This document shows positions 29,252 to 39,926 of a stretch of 64,000 nt of DNA, piece by piece (the first letter of the stretch is position 1; each line of letters opens with the position of its first letter). Position numbers and translations under genes: made by a program. Origin of the DNA: an uncultured bacterium (lineage in GTDB: Bacteria > Patescibacteriota > Kazan-3B-28); the NCBI GenBank assembly GCA_963695435.1, contig OY968788.1, positions 349,456 to 413,455 of the forward strand. Reading direction: 5' to 3'. The notes beneath the pieces were generated by a model. It was not told where the DNA came from, did not search any database, and saw only the letters and a list, made by a program, of their open reading frames with translations.

Positions 29252-29317
29252 AGAGTCTAGAGAGTAGAGATGAGAGAATAGAGATTGGCTCTACACTCTC
29301 GTCTCTCTTCTCTAGAG
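29252..29317. repeat. Inverted heptamer array (AGAGnnn)n..(CTCTnnn)n
   Basis: AGAGTCT AGAGAGT AGAGATG AGAGAAT AGAGATT / CTCTACA CTCTCGT CTCTCTT CTCTAGA. Confidence 0.8.
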
Positions 29318-29320
29318 CTT

Positions 29321-29701
29321 CTACATTTTTACGTCGATGCTGACACCGGCCGGCAGGCTCAAGTTAGTGAGCGCGTCGATAGTCTTTGGGGTCGGATCAA
29401 CAATTTCAATCAACCGGCGATGGATTCTCATCTCAAACTGGTCGCGAGAATCTTTGTGAACAAAAGTAGATTTCAATACAGTATAGATTTTTTTATCGGT
29501 AGGCAGGGGAATTGGTCCCAAGACGACTGCACCAGTCCGTTCTGCGGTTTCGATAATCAGTCTGGCTGAACGATCAAGAATCCGATGATCATAGGCTTTG
29601 AGACGAATGCGAATTCGTTGCTTATCACTGCGTTGCTCGGATTGCTTCGCGCTTTCCGCCTTGTCTTTTTTCAAACCTGATTGTGTAGGAGCTTTGGCCA
29701 T
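29321..29701 (-). CDS. rpsJ: 30S ribosomal protein S10
   Basis: [17 protein letters not shown]. Confidence 0.98.
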   Translation of the reverse strand: MAKAPTQSGLKKDKAESAKQSEQRSDKQRIRIRLKAYDHRILDRSARLIIETAERTGAVVLGPIPLPTDKKIYTVLKSTFVHKDSRDQFEMRIHRRLIEIVDPTPKTIDALTNLSLPAGVSIDVKM

Positions 29702-29766
29702 AGTTAGTGTGCAAAAAATCTTTTGTTTTAGGCGGCCCCAGAATCTGGAACCGCCTAATTTAATTT

Positions 29767-30954
29767 TTACTTATCAATCTTGGCAACAACACCTGAAGCA
29801 ACTGTTCTGCCGCCTTCACGAATGGCGAAACGCAAACCTTCGTCCATAGCGATTGGGGCAATCAGTACAACTTTTACTTTGGCTGTGTCACCCGGCATTA
29901 CGATTTCAGTCCCTTCACCCAAGATTACTTCACCAGTCACATCCGTGGTGCGGAAGTAGAACTGTGGTTTGTAACCTTTGGAGAATGGGGTGTGGCGTCC
30001 GCCTTCTTCTTTGCTCAAGACATAAATCTCGGCTTCGAATTCGGTGTGCGGAGTAATGCTTCCCGGCTTGGCGATAACTTGACCGCGTTCAATTTGTTCG
30101 CGCTCAACACCGCGCAAGAGCAAACCAACATTGTCACCGGCCTGACCTTGGTCCAGCAATTTGCGGAACATTTCCACGCCGGTCACAATTGATTTCTGGG
30201 TTGCCTTGATACCAATAATTTCAATTTCTTCGTTGATTTTAATAACACCCTGCTCAACACGGCCAGTAGCAACTGTACCGCGTCCCTTGATGGAGAAAAC
30301 ATCTTCAACAGGCATCAAGAAAGGTTTATCAAGGGCGCGAACTGGATCAGGAATGTAAGTGTCCAAAGCATTGACCAAATCCATAATTGGTTTGGCAGCC
30401 GCTTCGTCGGTTGGGTTCTCCAACGCTTTCAAAGCTGACCCGCGAATGATTGGGACTTCATCACCTGGGTAACCTTGCTTGGTTAACAAGTCGCGAATTT
30501 CCTGTTCGACGAGGTCAATAAGCTCTGGGTCGTCCACCATATCGGTCTTGTTCAAGAAAACAATAATTTGAGGCACACCAACCTGATGAGCCAAAAGAAT
30601 GTGCTCACGAGTTTGTGGCATTGGACCGTCAGTAGCGGCAACTACCAAAATGGCAGCGTCCATCTGGGCAGCACCAGTAATCATGTTCTTTACGTAGTCA
30701 GCGTGGCCCGGACAGTCAACGTGGGCGTAGTGACGCTTTTCTGTTTCATATTCTTGGTGAGATGTTGCAATAGTAATACCACGCGCCTTTTCTTCAGGAG
30801 CGTTATCAATTTCATCAAACTTTCTGGCAGTAGCCAAACCTTTGCTGGCCAACACTTGAGTGATAGCCGCAGTTAGGGTGGTTTTACCATGGTCGACGTG
30901 ACCAATTGTACCGACGTTGACGTGAACCTTGTCTCTCTTGAATGTTTCAGCCAT
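29767..30954 (-). CDS. tuf: Elongation factor Tu
   Basis: [26 protein letters not shown]. Confidence 0.99.
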   Translation of the reverse strand: MAETFKRDKVHVNVGTIGHVDHGKTTLTAAITQVLASKGLATARKFDEIDNAPEEKARGITIATSHQEYETEKRHYAHVDCPGHADYVKNMITGAAQMDAAILVVAATDGPMPQTREHILLAHQVGVPQIIVFLNKTDMVDDPELIDLVEQEIRDLLTKQGYPGDEVPIIRGSALKALENPTDEAAAKPIMDLVNALDTYIPDPVRALDKPFLMPVEDVFSIKGRGTVATGRVEQGVIKINEEIEIIGIKATQKSIVTGVEMFRKLLDQGQAGDNVGLLLRGVEREQIERGQVIAKPGSITPHTEFEAEIYVLSKEEGGRHTPFSKGYKPQFYFRTTDVTGEVILGEGTEIVMPGDTAKVKVVLIAPIAMDEGLRFAIREGGRTVASGVVAKIDK

Positions 30955-31084
30955 AAATCCCTCTCAAAAACTTCTTATAGATTAGTATAGGTGTAAAAAA
31001 GATACTTTTAGAAAATACCTAAATTTGGAGAATAAAGCAAGGGTTTTTTCTGGGAAAATCGCCCATAGGAGGGGCTTCAGATAT

Positions 31085-31118
31085 AAAAGTGGGGCGGCGG
31101 GTCTTCCCGCTGCCCCAC
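31085..31118 (-). terminator. Intrinsic terminator of the plsC-like cassette
   Basis: GTGGGGCAGCGGG-AAGA-CCCGCCGCCCCAC-TTTT. Confidence 0.75.
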
Positions 31119-31135
31119 AAAATGGGCTTCGCCGA

Positions 31136-31858
31136 TCAGTCATACCAGGCTCTCATATCCTTTTTACTTGGCTGGAGCTCTTCCGGCAACATGGCGCGTA
31201 TCCGCCATGCAAGTCTACGAACCTCTCTCTTGAGAACATCCCTGGGGATGGTTTCTCCTAGATTGGCTCTGTAGCTAATCCGATAAGGAGCCCCGAAGAC
31301 GATCCTGATTTGGGACGGCCGGGGAAACTTACAGCCCTTCGGCAGGGCTCGGTGACTTCCAACAATGACGGCTGGTACGATGTGGCACCCACTGATAATA
31401 GCTGCTTTGACCGCCCCCGATCTACACCGCTCCATTCGGGGAGTATCACTGCGCTTCCCTTCTGGGAACATCATGATGGTTTCCCCATTTTTGAGAAGAT
31501 CGAGGGTGTACTCGAAGGCTGCCTTGGGGCTGCTTCGATGAAGTGCAACGGCTCCCAGCCCGATAATTACCCAAGCGAGTAGTTTGCTCAAACAGCTCTT
31601 CCCTTGGAAGAGTTCTATTTTGGCAATAACCCTGACCCTTCTGGGTATAGATATCCCAACCAATGGCGGATCAAGGTAGCTAATATGATTAGCTACCACC
31701 AGTACGCCTCCAGATTTAGGGACTTGAGACAGCCCGACAATCCGAAGCCTAAACCAGATCACTGCGCACACCAACACGATGGTGCGGATGCTCCAGTGAA
31801 AGATTATTTGCCACACCGACATAGGTCGGTGTGTCGAGTGTTTGCCTGACGACAACAT
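31136..31858 (-). CDS. PlsC-like lysophospholipid acyltransferase
   Basis: NHISYLD (HX4D), AKIELF, FPEGKRS. Confidence 0.88.
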   Translation of the reverse strand: MLSSGKHSTHRPMSVWQIIFHWSIRTIVLVCAVIWFRLRIVGLSQVPKSGGVLVVANHISYLDPPLVGISIPRRVRVIAKIELFQGKSCLSKLLAWVIIGLGAVALHRSSPKAAFEYTLDLLKNGETIMMFPEGKRSDTPRMERCRSGAVKAAIISGCHIVPAVIVGSHRALPKGCKFPRPSQIRIVFGAPYRISYRANLGETIPRDVLKREVRRLAWRIRAMLPEELQPSKKDMRAWYD

Positions 31859-31898
31859 TGTGGGGGTGCGCCTCCTTTTTGATTTGAAGTGCCCTATA

Positions 31899-31927
31899 AA
31901 AATACCACTCGATTATTAGAAATGCAA
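31899..31927 (-). promoter_or_regulatory. Putative sigma70 promoter of the plsC-like gene
   Basis: TTGCAT-N17-TATTTT, then GCACTTCAAA and AAGGAGG. Confidence 0.5.
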
Positions 31928-31962
31928 TCCCAGAGTCTAAAAAGCAGTCCGAAGAATCGGAC

Positions 31963-31992
31963 TGCTTGAAGTTTTGAATATTTTGTGGTGTA
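31963..31992. repeat. 30-bp direct repeat, copy 1
   Basis: 28/30 identical to 32977..33006. Confidence 0.85.
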
Positions 31993-32004
31993 GCTTGGGT
32001 ATAG

Positions 32005-32035
32005 AAAAGGGGTCGCGGATTGCTCCGCGACCCCT
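32005..32035 (-). terminator. Intrinsic terminator of 32070..32801
   Basis: AGGGGTCGCGGA-GCAA-TCCGCGACCCCT-TTT. Confidence 0.75.
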
Positions 32036-32069
32036 GTGTTGTAGGTAAGGTGCGCTTTGACTAGCTCCT

Positions 32070-32801
32070 CTAGTCGAGCGAATGAACACCCCTCTCTTCT
32101 CCTATGTTGGCATAGAGGGCAATGCGAATGCATCCCGCCATGTGGTGGCCCACCCTTTCGTCTAAATAAAATCTTTCCGAGATCCAGTGGCACTCAAATG
32201 AGAAAACAGTAGCTGGGTATGCTCTAGAGAGACTAAGTGCATATCTCCTATTTTCTTCGTCTCTGTAGATAGTACCCAAGAAGATTGTTGGTACATCTTC
32301 ATAACCGCTGTCTCTCGGGATGAATCTTTGGTCATGGAGCAGGCCCTGGAGTACATTAGCATTAGGAAACATCCGACCAGCCAGTGTTTTCTTGACTTCA
32401 TCGAGATTGAAACAGAATCCTGGTCGTTTTTGGTCGGGTGGATAGTACAAATCAATCTGAAACGGATTCCACTCCCACTTACCCATCGAGGTGTCGTGGC
32501 TCTCAATCCTACCCTTGATATGAAGCCTATCTACAGGGGCGGGAGCCGCACAGTCAATCACCAAACTCGAGCGCTTCTTGGTTCGTTTGGAGGGAAGCAT
32601 GGGTTTCAGTAATTTGGCGCAAACTGGTTCGAGGGGTTTGCCCTCACGAATAGCTTGCAGGATTGGCTTTGCTTGGACAAAGTATGTTGCGGTGTACTTA
32701 CCGTCACGGGTTCCTTTTGCGATAGCAAGTAGGGTGCCAATAACCCATTCCGCCCATTCTGATAGCGTAGCGGGGCTAACCGCTTTCTTTTTCCTGAACA
32801 T
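32070..32801 (-). CDS. Hypothetical protein
   Basis: 243-aa ORF with AAGGAGG SD, own promoter and terminator. Confidence 0.75.
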   Translation of the reverse strand: MFRKKKAVSPATLSEWAEWVIGTLLAIAKGTRDGKYTATYFVQAKPILQAIREGKPLEPVCAKLLKPMLPSKRTKKRSSLVIDCAAPAPVDRLHIKGRIESHDTSMGKWEWNPFQIDLYYPPDQKRPGFCFNLDEVKKTLAGRMFPNANVLQGLLHDQRFIPRDSGYEDVPTIFLGTIYRDEENRRYALSLSRAYPATVFSFECHWISERFYLDERVGHHMAGCIRIALYANIGEERGVHSLD

Positions 32802-32896
32802 AGAACCTCCTTCTGCGGGACTAGCGCAGCCAACCTCGGTTACTCTCCAAAAGGGTAGAGTGTCTAGTTGGTAAAAAACAGAGATTTCGCACTTTC

Positions 32897-32925
32897 AAAC
32901 TACTGTTGATTAGGTTATCTGTCAA
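32897..32925 (-). promoter_or_regulatory. Putative sigma70 promoter of 32070..32801
   Basis: TTGACA-N17-TAGTTT. Confidence 0.6.
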
Positions 32926-32976
32926 ATAAAATTGCTCTCACATTGATTTTTCAAAAACACCCGCCTTTGAAGCGGA

Positions 32977-33006
32977 TGCTTGAAATTTTGAATATTTTGT
33001 GGCGTA
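32977..33006. repeat. 30-bp direct repeat, copy 2, immediately after the fusA stop and running into a terminator hairpin
   Basis: TGCTTGAAATTTTGAATATTTTGTGGCGTA. Confidence 0.85.
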
Positions 33007-33007
33007 A

Positions 33008-35080
33008 TTAGCCTTTTTTGGCGACCAGCTCGGCCTGAATGTTGGCAGGCACCTTCTCATAGTGGTCGAATTCCATTGTAGAGGAGGCACGGCCTTGGGA
33101 CATCGAGCGGAGGTTGGTGGCATAGCCGAACATTTCGGCCAACGGCACCAGTGCCCGAATCACCTTGGCATTAGCTCTATCCGTCATTCCTTCAATGCGC
33201 CCGCGCTTGGAGTTCAAATCTCCCATCACATCACCAGCATATTCTTCAGGGGTGACCGCTTCTACTTTCATAATAGGTTCCAACACAACGGGATTTCCTT
33301 TGCGCACACCTTCCTGCAAACACATACTCCCTGCGATTTGAAACGCCATTTCGTTGGAGTCAACTTCATGATACGAACCGTCAATCAAAGTGGCTTTGAT
33401 ATCTACAACAGGATAACCGGCGATAACACCGCGAGTAAGCGAAGATTCCACACCTTTTTGAACTGCGGGAATATATTCACGAGGAATAACACCACCAACG
33501 ATTTTATTAACAAATTCAAATCCACCAGTCTCAAGAGGCTCAAACTTGATAACCACATGTCCGTATTGTCCGCGACCACCGGTTTGTTTGATGTATTTCG
33601 TTTCGTTGACTGCTTCTTGCGTAATGGTTTCGCGATAAGCCACCTGCGGTTTACCGATGTTGGCTTCAACTTTGAACTCGCGTTTCATGCGGTCAACAAT
33701 AATATCCAAATGAAGCTCACCCATTCCTTCAATAATTGTTTGGCCGGAATCAGTATCGGTGTGCACACGGAAGGTCGGATCTTCTTCGGCTAATTTACCA
33801 AGAGCAATGGCCATTTTTTCTTGGTCAGCTTTTGATTTTGGTTCAACCGCAATAGAAATAACAGGCTCGGGGAAAGTAATCGATTCCAAAATAATCGGCT
33901 TGTCTCCATCACAAAGGGTGTCACCAGTGGTCACTTCTTTCAGCCCCACCATAGCGCCGATTTCACCTGCAAAAATTTCATCCACTTCTTCGCGGTGATT
34001 ACTGTGCATCCGCAAAATTCGGCTAACTCTTTCTTTTGTTCCTTTTGTAGCATTAGTCACATACGAACCAGATTTCAATGTTCCTGAATAAACACGGAAA
34101 TAAATAAGTTTTCCGACAAACGGGTCAGTGGCAATTTTGAAAGCTAGCGAAGAAAATGGTTCAGAGTCACTGGCTTCGCGAATAATTTCTTCACCGGTTT
34201 TTGGATCTAATCCTTTAACCGGAGGAATATCCAATGGATTCGGAAGATAATCAACAACCGCGTCCAAAAGTTTTTGAACACCTTTATTTTTCAAAGCGGA
34301 ACCGCACATTACCGGCACAAATTTGCCGGCAATAACAGCTGCTCGCATTGCTTTTTTTAATTCATCATTGGTAATAGCTTGGTCTGCCAAAAACCGCTCC
34401 ATTAAAGCGTCTTCGGTTTCAACAATTTTTTCCAGCATTTTGTGTCGATATTCTTTTACCAATTCTTTCATATCGTCTGGAATATCTGTTTCTAAAACAT
34501 CTTTACCTAAATCATCTTGATAAAAATAAGCTTTTTCGGTAATCAAATCGACTAACCCTTTGTAAGTTTCAGCGGCACCAATAGGAAGCTGAATTGGAAC
34601 GGCATTAGCGCCTAATCTATCCAAAATAGTTTTGTAGCAAAAATAAAAGTCCGCGCCCATTCGATCCATCTTGTTCACAAAACAGATGCGTGGGACGTGG
34701 TACTTGTCCGCCTGACGCCAAACAGTCTCGGATTGTGGTTCCACACCCGCGACACCGTCAAACACCACTACACCGCCGTCTAGTACGCGGAGACTGCGTT
34801 CTACTTCAACTGTGAAGTCAACGTGTCCGGGGGTGTCGATAATGTTGATGCGGGAATCGTTCCAGAAACAGGTGGTAGCGGCGGAAGTAATTGTAATTCC
34901 GCGTTCCTGTTCCTGTTCCATCCAGTCCATAACCGCCTCGCCTTCATGAACTTCACCAATCTTGTAAGTCTTTCCAGTATAAAAAAGAACTCGTTCTGTA
35001 ACGGTAGTTTTTCCGGCATCAATATGAGCAATAATGCCGATGTTTCTGGTTTGAGCTAGTGAATATTGTCTTTCTGACAT
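33008..35080 (-). CDS. fusA: Elongation factor G
   Basis: [24 protein letters not shown]. Confidence 0.99.
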   Translation of the reverse strand: MSERQYSLAQTRNIGIIAHIDAGKTTVTERVLFYTGKTYKIGEVHEGEAVMDWMEQEQERGITITSAATTCFWNDSRINIIDTPGHVDFTVEVERSLRVLDGGVVVFDGVAGVEPQSETVWRQADKYHVPRICFVNKMDRMGADFYFCYKTILDRLGANAVPIQLPIGAAETYKGLVDLITEKAYFYQDDLGKDVLETDIPDDMKELVKEYRHKMLEKIVETEDALMERFLADQAITNDELKKAMRAAVIAGKFVPVMCGSALKNKGVQKLLDAVVDYLPNPLDIPPVKGLDPKTGEEIIREASDSEPFSSLAFKIATDPFVGKLIYFRVYSGTLKSGSYVTNATKGTKERVSRILRMHSNHREEVDEIFAGEIGAMVGLKEVTTGDTLCDGDKPIILESITFPEPVISIAVEPKSKADQEKMAIALGKLAEEDPTFRVHTDTDSGQTIIEGMGELHLDIIVDRMKREFKVEANIGKPQVAYRETITQEAVNETKYIKQTGGRGQYGHVVIKFEPLETGGFEFVNKIVGGVIPREYIPAVQKGVESSLTRGVIAGYPVVDIKATLIDGSYHEVDSNEMAFQIAGSMCLQEGVRKGNPVVLEPIMKVEAVTPEEYAGDVMGDLNSKRGRIEGMTDRANAKVIRALVPLAEMFGYATNLRSMSQGRASSTMEFDHYEKVPANIQAELVAKKG

Positions 35081-35111
35081 TCCGTTTACATTTATTCTTT
35101 GAAAGGGAAAA

Positions 35112-35198
35112 AGAGCAGTGAGCTTGTTCTGCTGTGAGCAGAATGGGCTTTGCCCACGAGCGTCGAGAGAAAACCGTAGGTGTTCTCTCGAGACTCTC
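35112..35198 (+). repeat. Structured intergenic element, copy B
   Basis: AGAGCAGTGAGCTTG-hairpin-TGGGCTTTGCCCA-CGAGCG-hairpin. Confidence 0.85.
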
Positions 35199-35200
35199 TT

Positions 35201-35674
35201 TTAGAATCGCGAGAAGTGTGCGAACGCTTGGTTCGCTTCCGCCATGCGGTGTGTTTCTTCCTTTTTCTTCATTGCATCACCGGTACCGTTGTAAGCATCA
35301 ATCAATTCTTGAGTTAATTTTTCGGCGATTGGTTTGCCTTTGCGAGCACGAGCAACTGTCACCAACCACTTCAAAGCGATAACAATTCTACGGTCAGCAC
35401 TAACTTCGGTCGGCACCTGCAAGTTAGAACCACCCATACGACGAGCTTTCAACTGAACTGATGGAGCAATATTGTGAATTGCTGTATCAAAAACTTCTAC
35501 TGGTTCTTTACCCAATTTTTTGGCGGCGGCTTCCAGAGCCGTATAAACCGCTCTTTCGGCGACAGTTTTTTTGCCGTTCACCATTACTTTATTAATAAAC
35601 CGACCAATCATAACATTGCCGTATTTGCGGTCGGGTTCGTGAAGATTATTAAATTTGGTTTTTCCTCTCGCCAT
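35201..35674 (-). CDS. rpsG: 30S ribosomal protein S7
   Basis: GKKTVAE, HRMAEAN.AFAH. Confidence 0.98.
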   Translation of the reverse strand: MARGKTKFNNLHEPDRKYGNVMIGRFINKVMVNGKKTVAERAVYTALEAAAKKLGKEPVEVFDTAIHNIAPSVQLKARRMGGSNLQVPTEVSADRRIVIALKWLVTVARARKGKPIAEKLTQELIDAYNGTGDAMKKKEETHRMAEANQAFAHFSRF

Positions 35675-35676
35675 AA

Positions 35677-36105
35677 TTATTTTCCTACTACTTCAGTTTT
35701 CTTAGCACCATATTTACTGCGACCTTGTTTGCGATTGGCTACTCCAGCAGTATCTAGCTTGCCTCGTACCACATGATAACGAACACCCGGAAGGTCTTTT
35801 ACCCTGCCTCCGCGAATCATAACGATAGAGTGCTCCTGCAAGTTATGACCAATGCCGGGAATATAAGCCGTCACTTCCATTCGGTTGGTCAGCCTGACAC
35901 GAGCAATTTTACGCAAAGCGGAGTTTGGTTTTTTCGGAGTGATAGTAGTCACCTTGGTACAGACACCTCTTTTGAAAGGTGAGCCTTTAGGTAATTTGAC
36001 CGGCCGATTTTTCAGCGTGTTAAAGCGCCGCATCATTGCGGGCGATTTGCTCTTGTGAGGAGCTGTCTTGCGACCTGATTTGATTAGTTGATTTACTGTT
36101 GGCAT
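35677..36105 (-). CDS. rpsL: 30S ribosomal protein S12
   Basis: [22 protein letters not shown]. Confidence 0.99.
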   Translation of the reverse strand: MPTVNQLIKSGRKTAPHKSKSPAMMRRFNTLKNRPVKLPKGSPFKRGVCTKVTTITPKKPNSALRKIARVRLTNRMEVTAYIPGIGHNLQEHSIVMIRGGRVKDLPGVRYHVVRGKLDTAGVANRKQGRSKYGAKKTEVVGK

Positions 36106-36125
36106 ATGGGGAAGTCTATCTGATA

Positions 36126-39100
36126 TTACTCGGTTTTGTCAATCAGGTTAGAGATTTCACTGTGATATTCGTGGAAACCGGTACCGGCAGGGATCAGTCG
36201 CCCAACAATGACATTTTCCTTCAATCCTCTAAGATAATCGACCTTACCGGCTACTGCAGCATCCACCAACACTCGAGTGGTTTCCTGGAAGGATGCGGCA
36301 GAAAGGAAGCTTTCGGTATTAAGTGATGCCTTGGTGACACCAAGCAAAAGTTCAGTGGCGATTGGCGGAGTTTTGCCCTTGGCGACCAATTCGGCGGCAA
36401 GAACATTGAATTTGAGCCGATCAATTATTTCTCCAACCGTAAGCTCACTATCCCCTTCTTTATCAATACGCACCTTAGAAAACATTTGGCGGACAGTAAT
36501 TTCGATGTGTTTGTCGCTAATGTTCTGTCCCTGCAAGTTATAAATTTTCTGAATCTCATCAATAATGTAGCGCTGGGTAGCTTCTACACCCTTGAGCTGC
36601 ATCAAATCTTTCAAATTCAACTGGCCTTCGGTTATTTGCTGACCCCGCTCAACCGTATCGCCGTCATTCACGCGCAGGAATGTTCTTGCTGTCAGCTGGA
36701 ATTCGTAAGCTTGTTTTTTGGTGTAGGTTAGATAAATCGCGTTGCCTTCGAGATTAATCGTGCCGTTGCTCGGTGATTTTACTTCTTCGTTTTTAGCTAT
36801 CAGCAAAACATCATTGCGTTTTACTTTAGCGCCGTCTTCCACTTTTACTTCCGCGCCCTTCGGCACCGTAATATGAGCAATGGCGTCTTCATCGCCTTCT
36901 AGTCTCAAAATTTTCTTGTTGCCCACTTCCATCACACTAATAACACCCGTAACCGGAGCCATGAGCGCTTCCGTCTTTGGTGTGCGTGATTCAAACAATT
37001 CCTCCACTCGAGGCAAACCTTGAGTAATGTCAGCGCTGGAAGCCACACCACCAGTGTGGAAAGTTCTCATTGTAAGCTGGGTACCCGGTTCACCAATACT
37101 TTGGGCGGCCATAATTCCCACTGCTTCACCAATGGCGACTAAATGACCACGAGCAAGGTCTTTGCCGTAACATTTTTGACAAATTCCCCACGGAGCTTGG
37201 CACCAAATCGGTGAACGAACCACAACCGAATCAATACCGGATTCATCAATCGCTTTCGCCAAGTCTTCGGTAATGTATTCGCCGTTAGGTACAATTACTT
37301 TCCCTTCCTTATCTTTAATAGTTTCGGCAGCGTATCGGCCGTCCAAGCGTTTGCTCAATGGGTCGATCAACAAATCTTCGGCACTGCGGTAAAGCCGGAA
37401 CCCCTGGGTGGCTCCGCAATCTGATTGAGCAACGACTACATCCTGGCAAACATCTACCAAACGGCGGGTCAGATAACCGGCATCAGAAGTACGCAACGCA
37501 GTATCAGACAAACCTTTACGAGCACCGTGTGTGGACAAGAAGTATTCCAAAGATTCCAGTCCTTCTTTGTAGTTGGATTTGACCGGCAACTCGATCATGT
37601 TACCAATGGCGTTGACTTTGGTTCCGACAATCCCAACCATCTGGTTGAACTGTTCCAAGGAACCTCTGGCGCCGGAATTGATCATCATAGCGGTCGGGTT
37701 GAATAACCGGCCACTAACTTGAGTTTTTAGTAAAGCTTCCACTTCTTGTTTGGTCTTTCCCCACAAATTGATAACCAAACGGCGGCGTTCATCAGCGGTA
37801 ATTAGACCTTCCTTGAATTGTTGCTTGATATTTTCAACTTTGGTATCAGTAGCCGTTACTAAACTTTCTTTTTCGTTAGGAATTTCCAAATCGGCGGCGG
37901 AGAAAGTCGCGCCTGAAATAGTAGCGTACTTGAAACCAAGATCTTTGATAGCGTTGACTAATTTGACTGTCCGTTCCTGGGTCTGATTTTTGTAACAATT
38001 GATAACAATTTTTTTCAACGACTTCTTGTCGGCAACATCATTGAAGTATTCAAATTCTTCCGGCAAAGCAGCGTTGAAAATCAACCGTCCAAGAGTGGTT
38101 TCTTTTATTTCGCCTTTGGCTGGCGCAATGATCGGCGTGTGAAGATTTATCGCACCGTGAGCTAACGCTAACCTTGCTTCATCAATATCGGTAAAGATTT
38201 TTTTACGCGCGCCTTCTTTTTCATCTTCTTTCAAAGTCAGGTAGTAGCAACCCAAGATCATGTCTTGGTCGGCCAGCACGATAGGATCACCTGTAGCTGG
38301 TTTCAGAAGATTTTTTGTGGATAGCATAATTTCTTCCGCTTCTTTTTGCGCGGGTTCAGAAAGAGGAAGGTGAATTGCCATCTGGTCACCGTCGAAGTCG
38401 GCGTTGAAAGCAGTACAAGTCAGCGGATGAAGTTGAATGGCATTGCCTTCCACCAAAATTGGTTTGAACGCCTGAATACCCAAACGGTGAAGAGTTGGCG
38501 CGCGATTTAGTAGCACATGATAGTGACCGATAACGGAATCTAGCGCGTCCCAGACTTCGGTGGTTTCCTTTTCCACCATTTTGCCGGCAGTTTTCACATT
38601 GTGAACAATGCCTTCGCTCATCAGTTTGGAAATTACAAATGGTTTGAACAATTCCAAAGCGATTGATTTTGGAACACCACATTCGTCCAGCGCCAAATTC
38701 GGACCAACTACAATTACCGAACGACCAGAGTAGTCTACGCGTTTACCGAGCAAGTTCTGACGGAAGCGACCTTGTTTTCCTTTCAACATGTCGCTTAGGG
38801 ATTTCAGTTGGCGTTTGGTGGCGGTAGTGGTGGAAGTTTCGCGGGCAGTAATATCAAACAAAGCATCAACCGCTTCCTGCAACATTCTTTTTTCGTTGCG
38901 GGTAATAACTTCCGGCGCACCGATTTCTACCAATTTCTTCAAACGGTTATTACGGTTAATAACCCGACGATACAAATCGTTTAGGTCAGATGTCGCAAAT
39001 CGGCCACCATCCAACTGCACCATTGGCCGAAGGTCTGGAGGGATAACCGGCAAAACTGTAATAAACATCCAAGACGGATGAAGTTTGGCTTTGAGCATCC

Positions 39101-39917
39101 CTTCCAAAAGACGCATTCTCTTTTGCAACCGGCGATATTTCTGACCAGCGGCTTCTTTCAGCTGAAGACGCATTTCTTTTATCTCGTCTTCTATATCCAT
39201 ATCTTTCACCAACTGGAATACTGCTTCGGCACCGATGCCGGCTCTAAATACTTGCCCATACTTTAGCGCAAGATTTCGGTATTCGTGTTCAGTAAGAATT
39301 TGCTTTAGGCGCAGATCTTTTACTTCAGTCACCGCTGTTTGGTAGGCAGCTTTGAGTTTTTCTAATCTATCAGTAAGCTCCGCGTCGTTCAGACGGTTTT
39401 GTTTGTGTTCTGACTTCAGGCGAGTGGTGTGAGTTTTGTATTCCTGTTCCAACTGACCCAGCGCCTGATGACGGGCATCTTCATCAATGTTGGTGAGGAT
39501 GTAGGCGGCAAAATAAATTACCTGTTCTAAGCGACGTGCTGGAACATTCAATGTCAGACCAAGTCTGGAAGGAGTTCCGCGCAAATACCAAATATGGCTA
39601 ACCGGCGCAGCTAACTGAATGTGCCCCATCCGTTCACGACGAACAGCAGAGCGAGTTACTTCAACTCCGCATTTATCGCAGGTAATTCCCTTGTAGCGAA
39701 TTTTTTTGTATTTTCCACAGTAACATTCCCAGTCTTTGGTGGGGCCAAAAATTCTTTCATCAAACAAACCATCTTTCTCCGGACGCAAAGTGCGGTAGTT
39801 GATAGTTTCCGGTTTCGTAATCTCACCATGCGACCACTGCAAAATGTGTTCCGGAGAGGCAATGCCAATTCGGACGGCGAGAAAGTCAGTAGATAATGTA
39901 GATGGTTCTTTTATCAT
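36126..39917 (-). CDS. rpoC: RNA polymerase beta' subunit
   Basis: [20 protein letters not shown]. Confidence 0.99.
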   Translation of the reverse strand: MIKEPSTLSTDFLAVRIGIASPEHILQWSHGEITKPETINYRTLRPEKDGLFDERIFGPTKDWECYCGKYKKIRYKGITCDKCGVEVTRSAVRRERMGHIQLAAPVSHIWYLRGTPSRLGLTLNVPARRLEQVIYFAAYILTNIDEDARHQALGQLEQEYKTHTTRLKSEHKQNRLNDAELTDRLEKLKAAYQTAVTEVKDLRLKQILTEHEYRNLALKYGQVFRAGIGAEAVFQLVKDMDIEDEIKEMRLQLKEAAGQKYRRLQKRMRLLEGMLKAKLHPSWMFITVLPVIPPDLRPMVQLDGGRFATSDLNDLYRRVINRNNRLKKLVEIGAPEVITRNEKRMLQEAVDALFDITARETSTTTATKRQLKSLSDMLKGKQGRFRQNLLGKRVDYSGRSVIVVGPNLALDECGVPKSIALELFKPFVISKLMSEGIVHNVKTAGKMVEKETTEVWDALDSVIGHYHVLLNRAPTLHRLGIQAFKPILVEGNAIQLHPLTCTAFNADFDGDQMAIHLPLSEPAQKEAEEIMLSTKNLLKPATGDPIVLADQDMILGCYYLTLKEDEKEGARKKIFTDIDEARLALAHGAINLHTPIIAPAKGEIKETTLGRLIFNAALPEEFEYFNDVADKKSLKKIVINCYKNQTQERTVKLVNAIKDLGFKYATISGATFSAADLEIPNEKESLVTATDTKVENIKQQFKEGLITADERRRLVINLWGKTKQEVEALLKTQVSGRLFNPTAMMINSGARGSLEQFNQMVGIVGTKVNAIGNMIELPVKSNYKEGLESLEYFLSTHGARKGLSDTALRTSDAGYLTRRLVDVCQDVVVAQSDCGATQGFRLYRSAEDLLIDPLSKRLDGRYAAETIKDKEGKVIVPNGEYITEDLAKAIDESGIDSVVVRSPIWCQAPWGICQKCYGKDLARGHLVAIGEAVGIMAAQSIGEPGTQLTMRTFHTGGVASSADITQGLPRVEELFESRTPKTEALMAPVTGVISVMEVGNKKILRLEGDEDAIAHITVPKGAEVKVEDGAKVKRNDVLLIAKNEEVKSPSNGTINLEGNAIYLTYTKKQAYEFQLTARTFLRVNDGDTVERGQQITEGQLNLKDLMQLKGVEATQRYIIDEIQKIYNLQGQNISDKHIEITVRQMFSKVRIDKEGDSELTVGEIIDRLKFNVLAAELVAKGKTPPIATELLLGVTKASLNTESFLSAASFQETTRVLVDAAVAGKVDYLRGLKENVIVGRLIPAGTGFHEYHSEISNLIDKTE

Positions 39918-39926
39918 GATTTTGCC

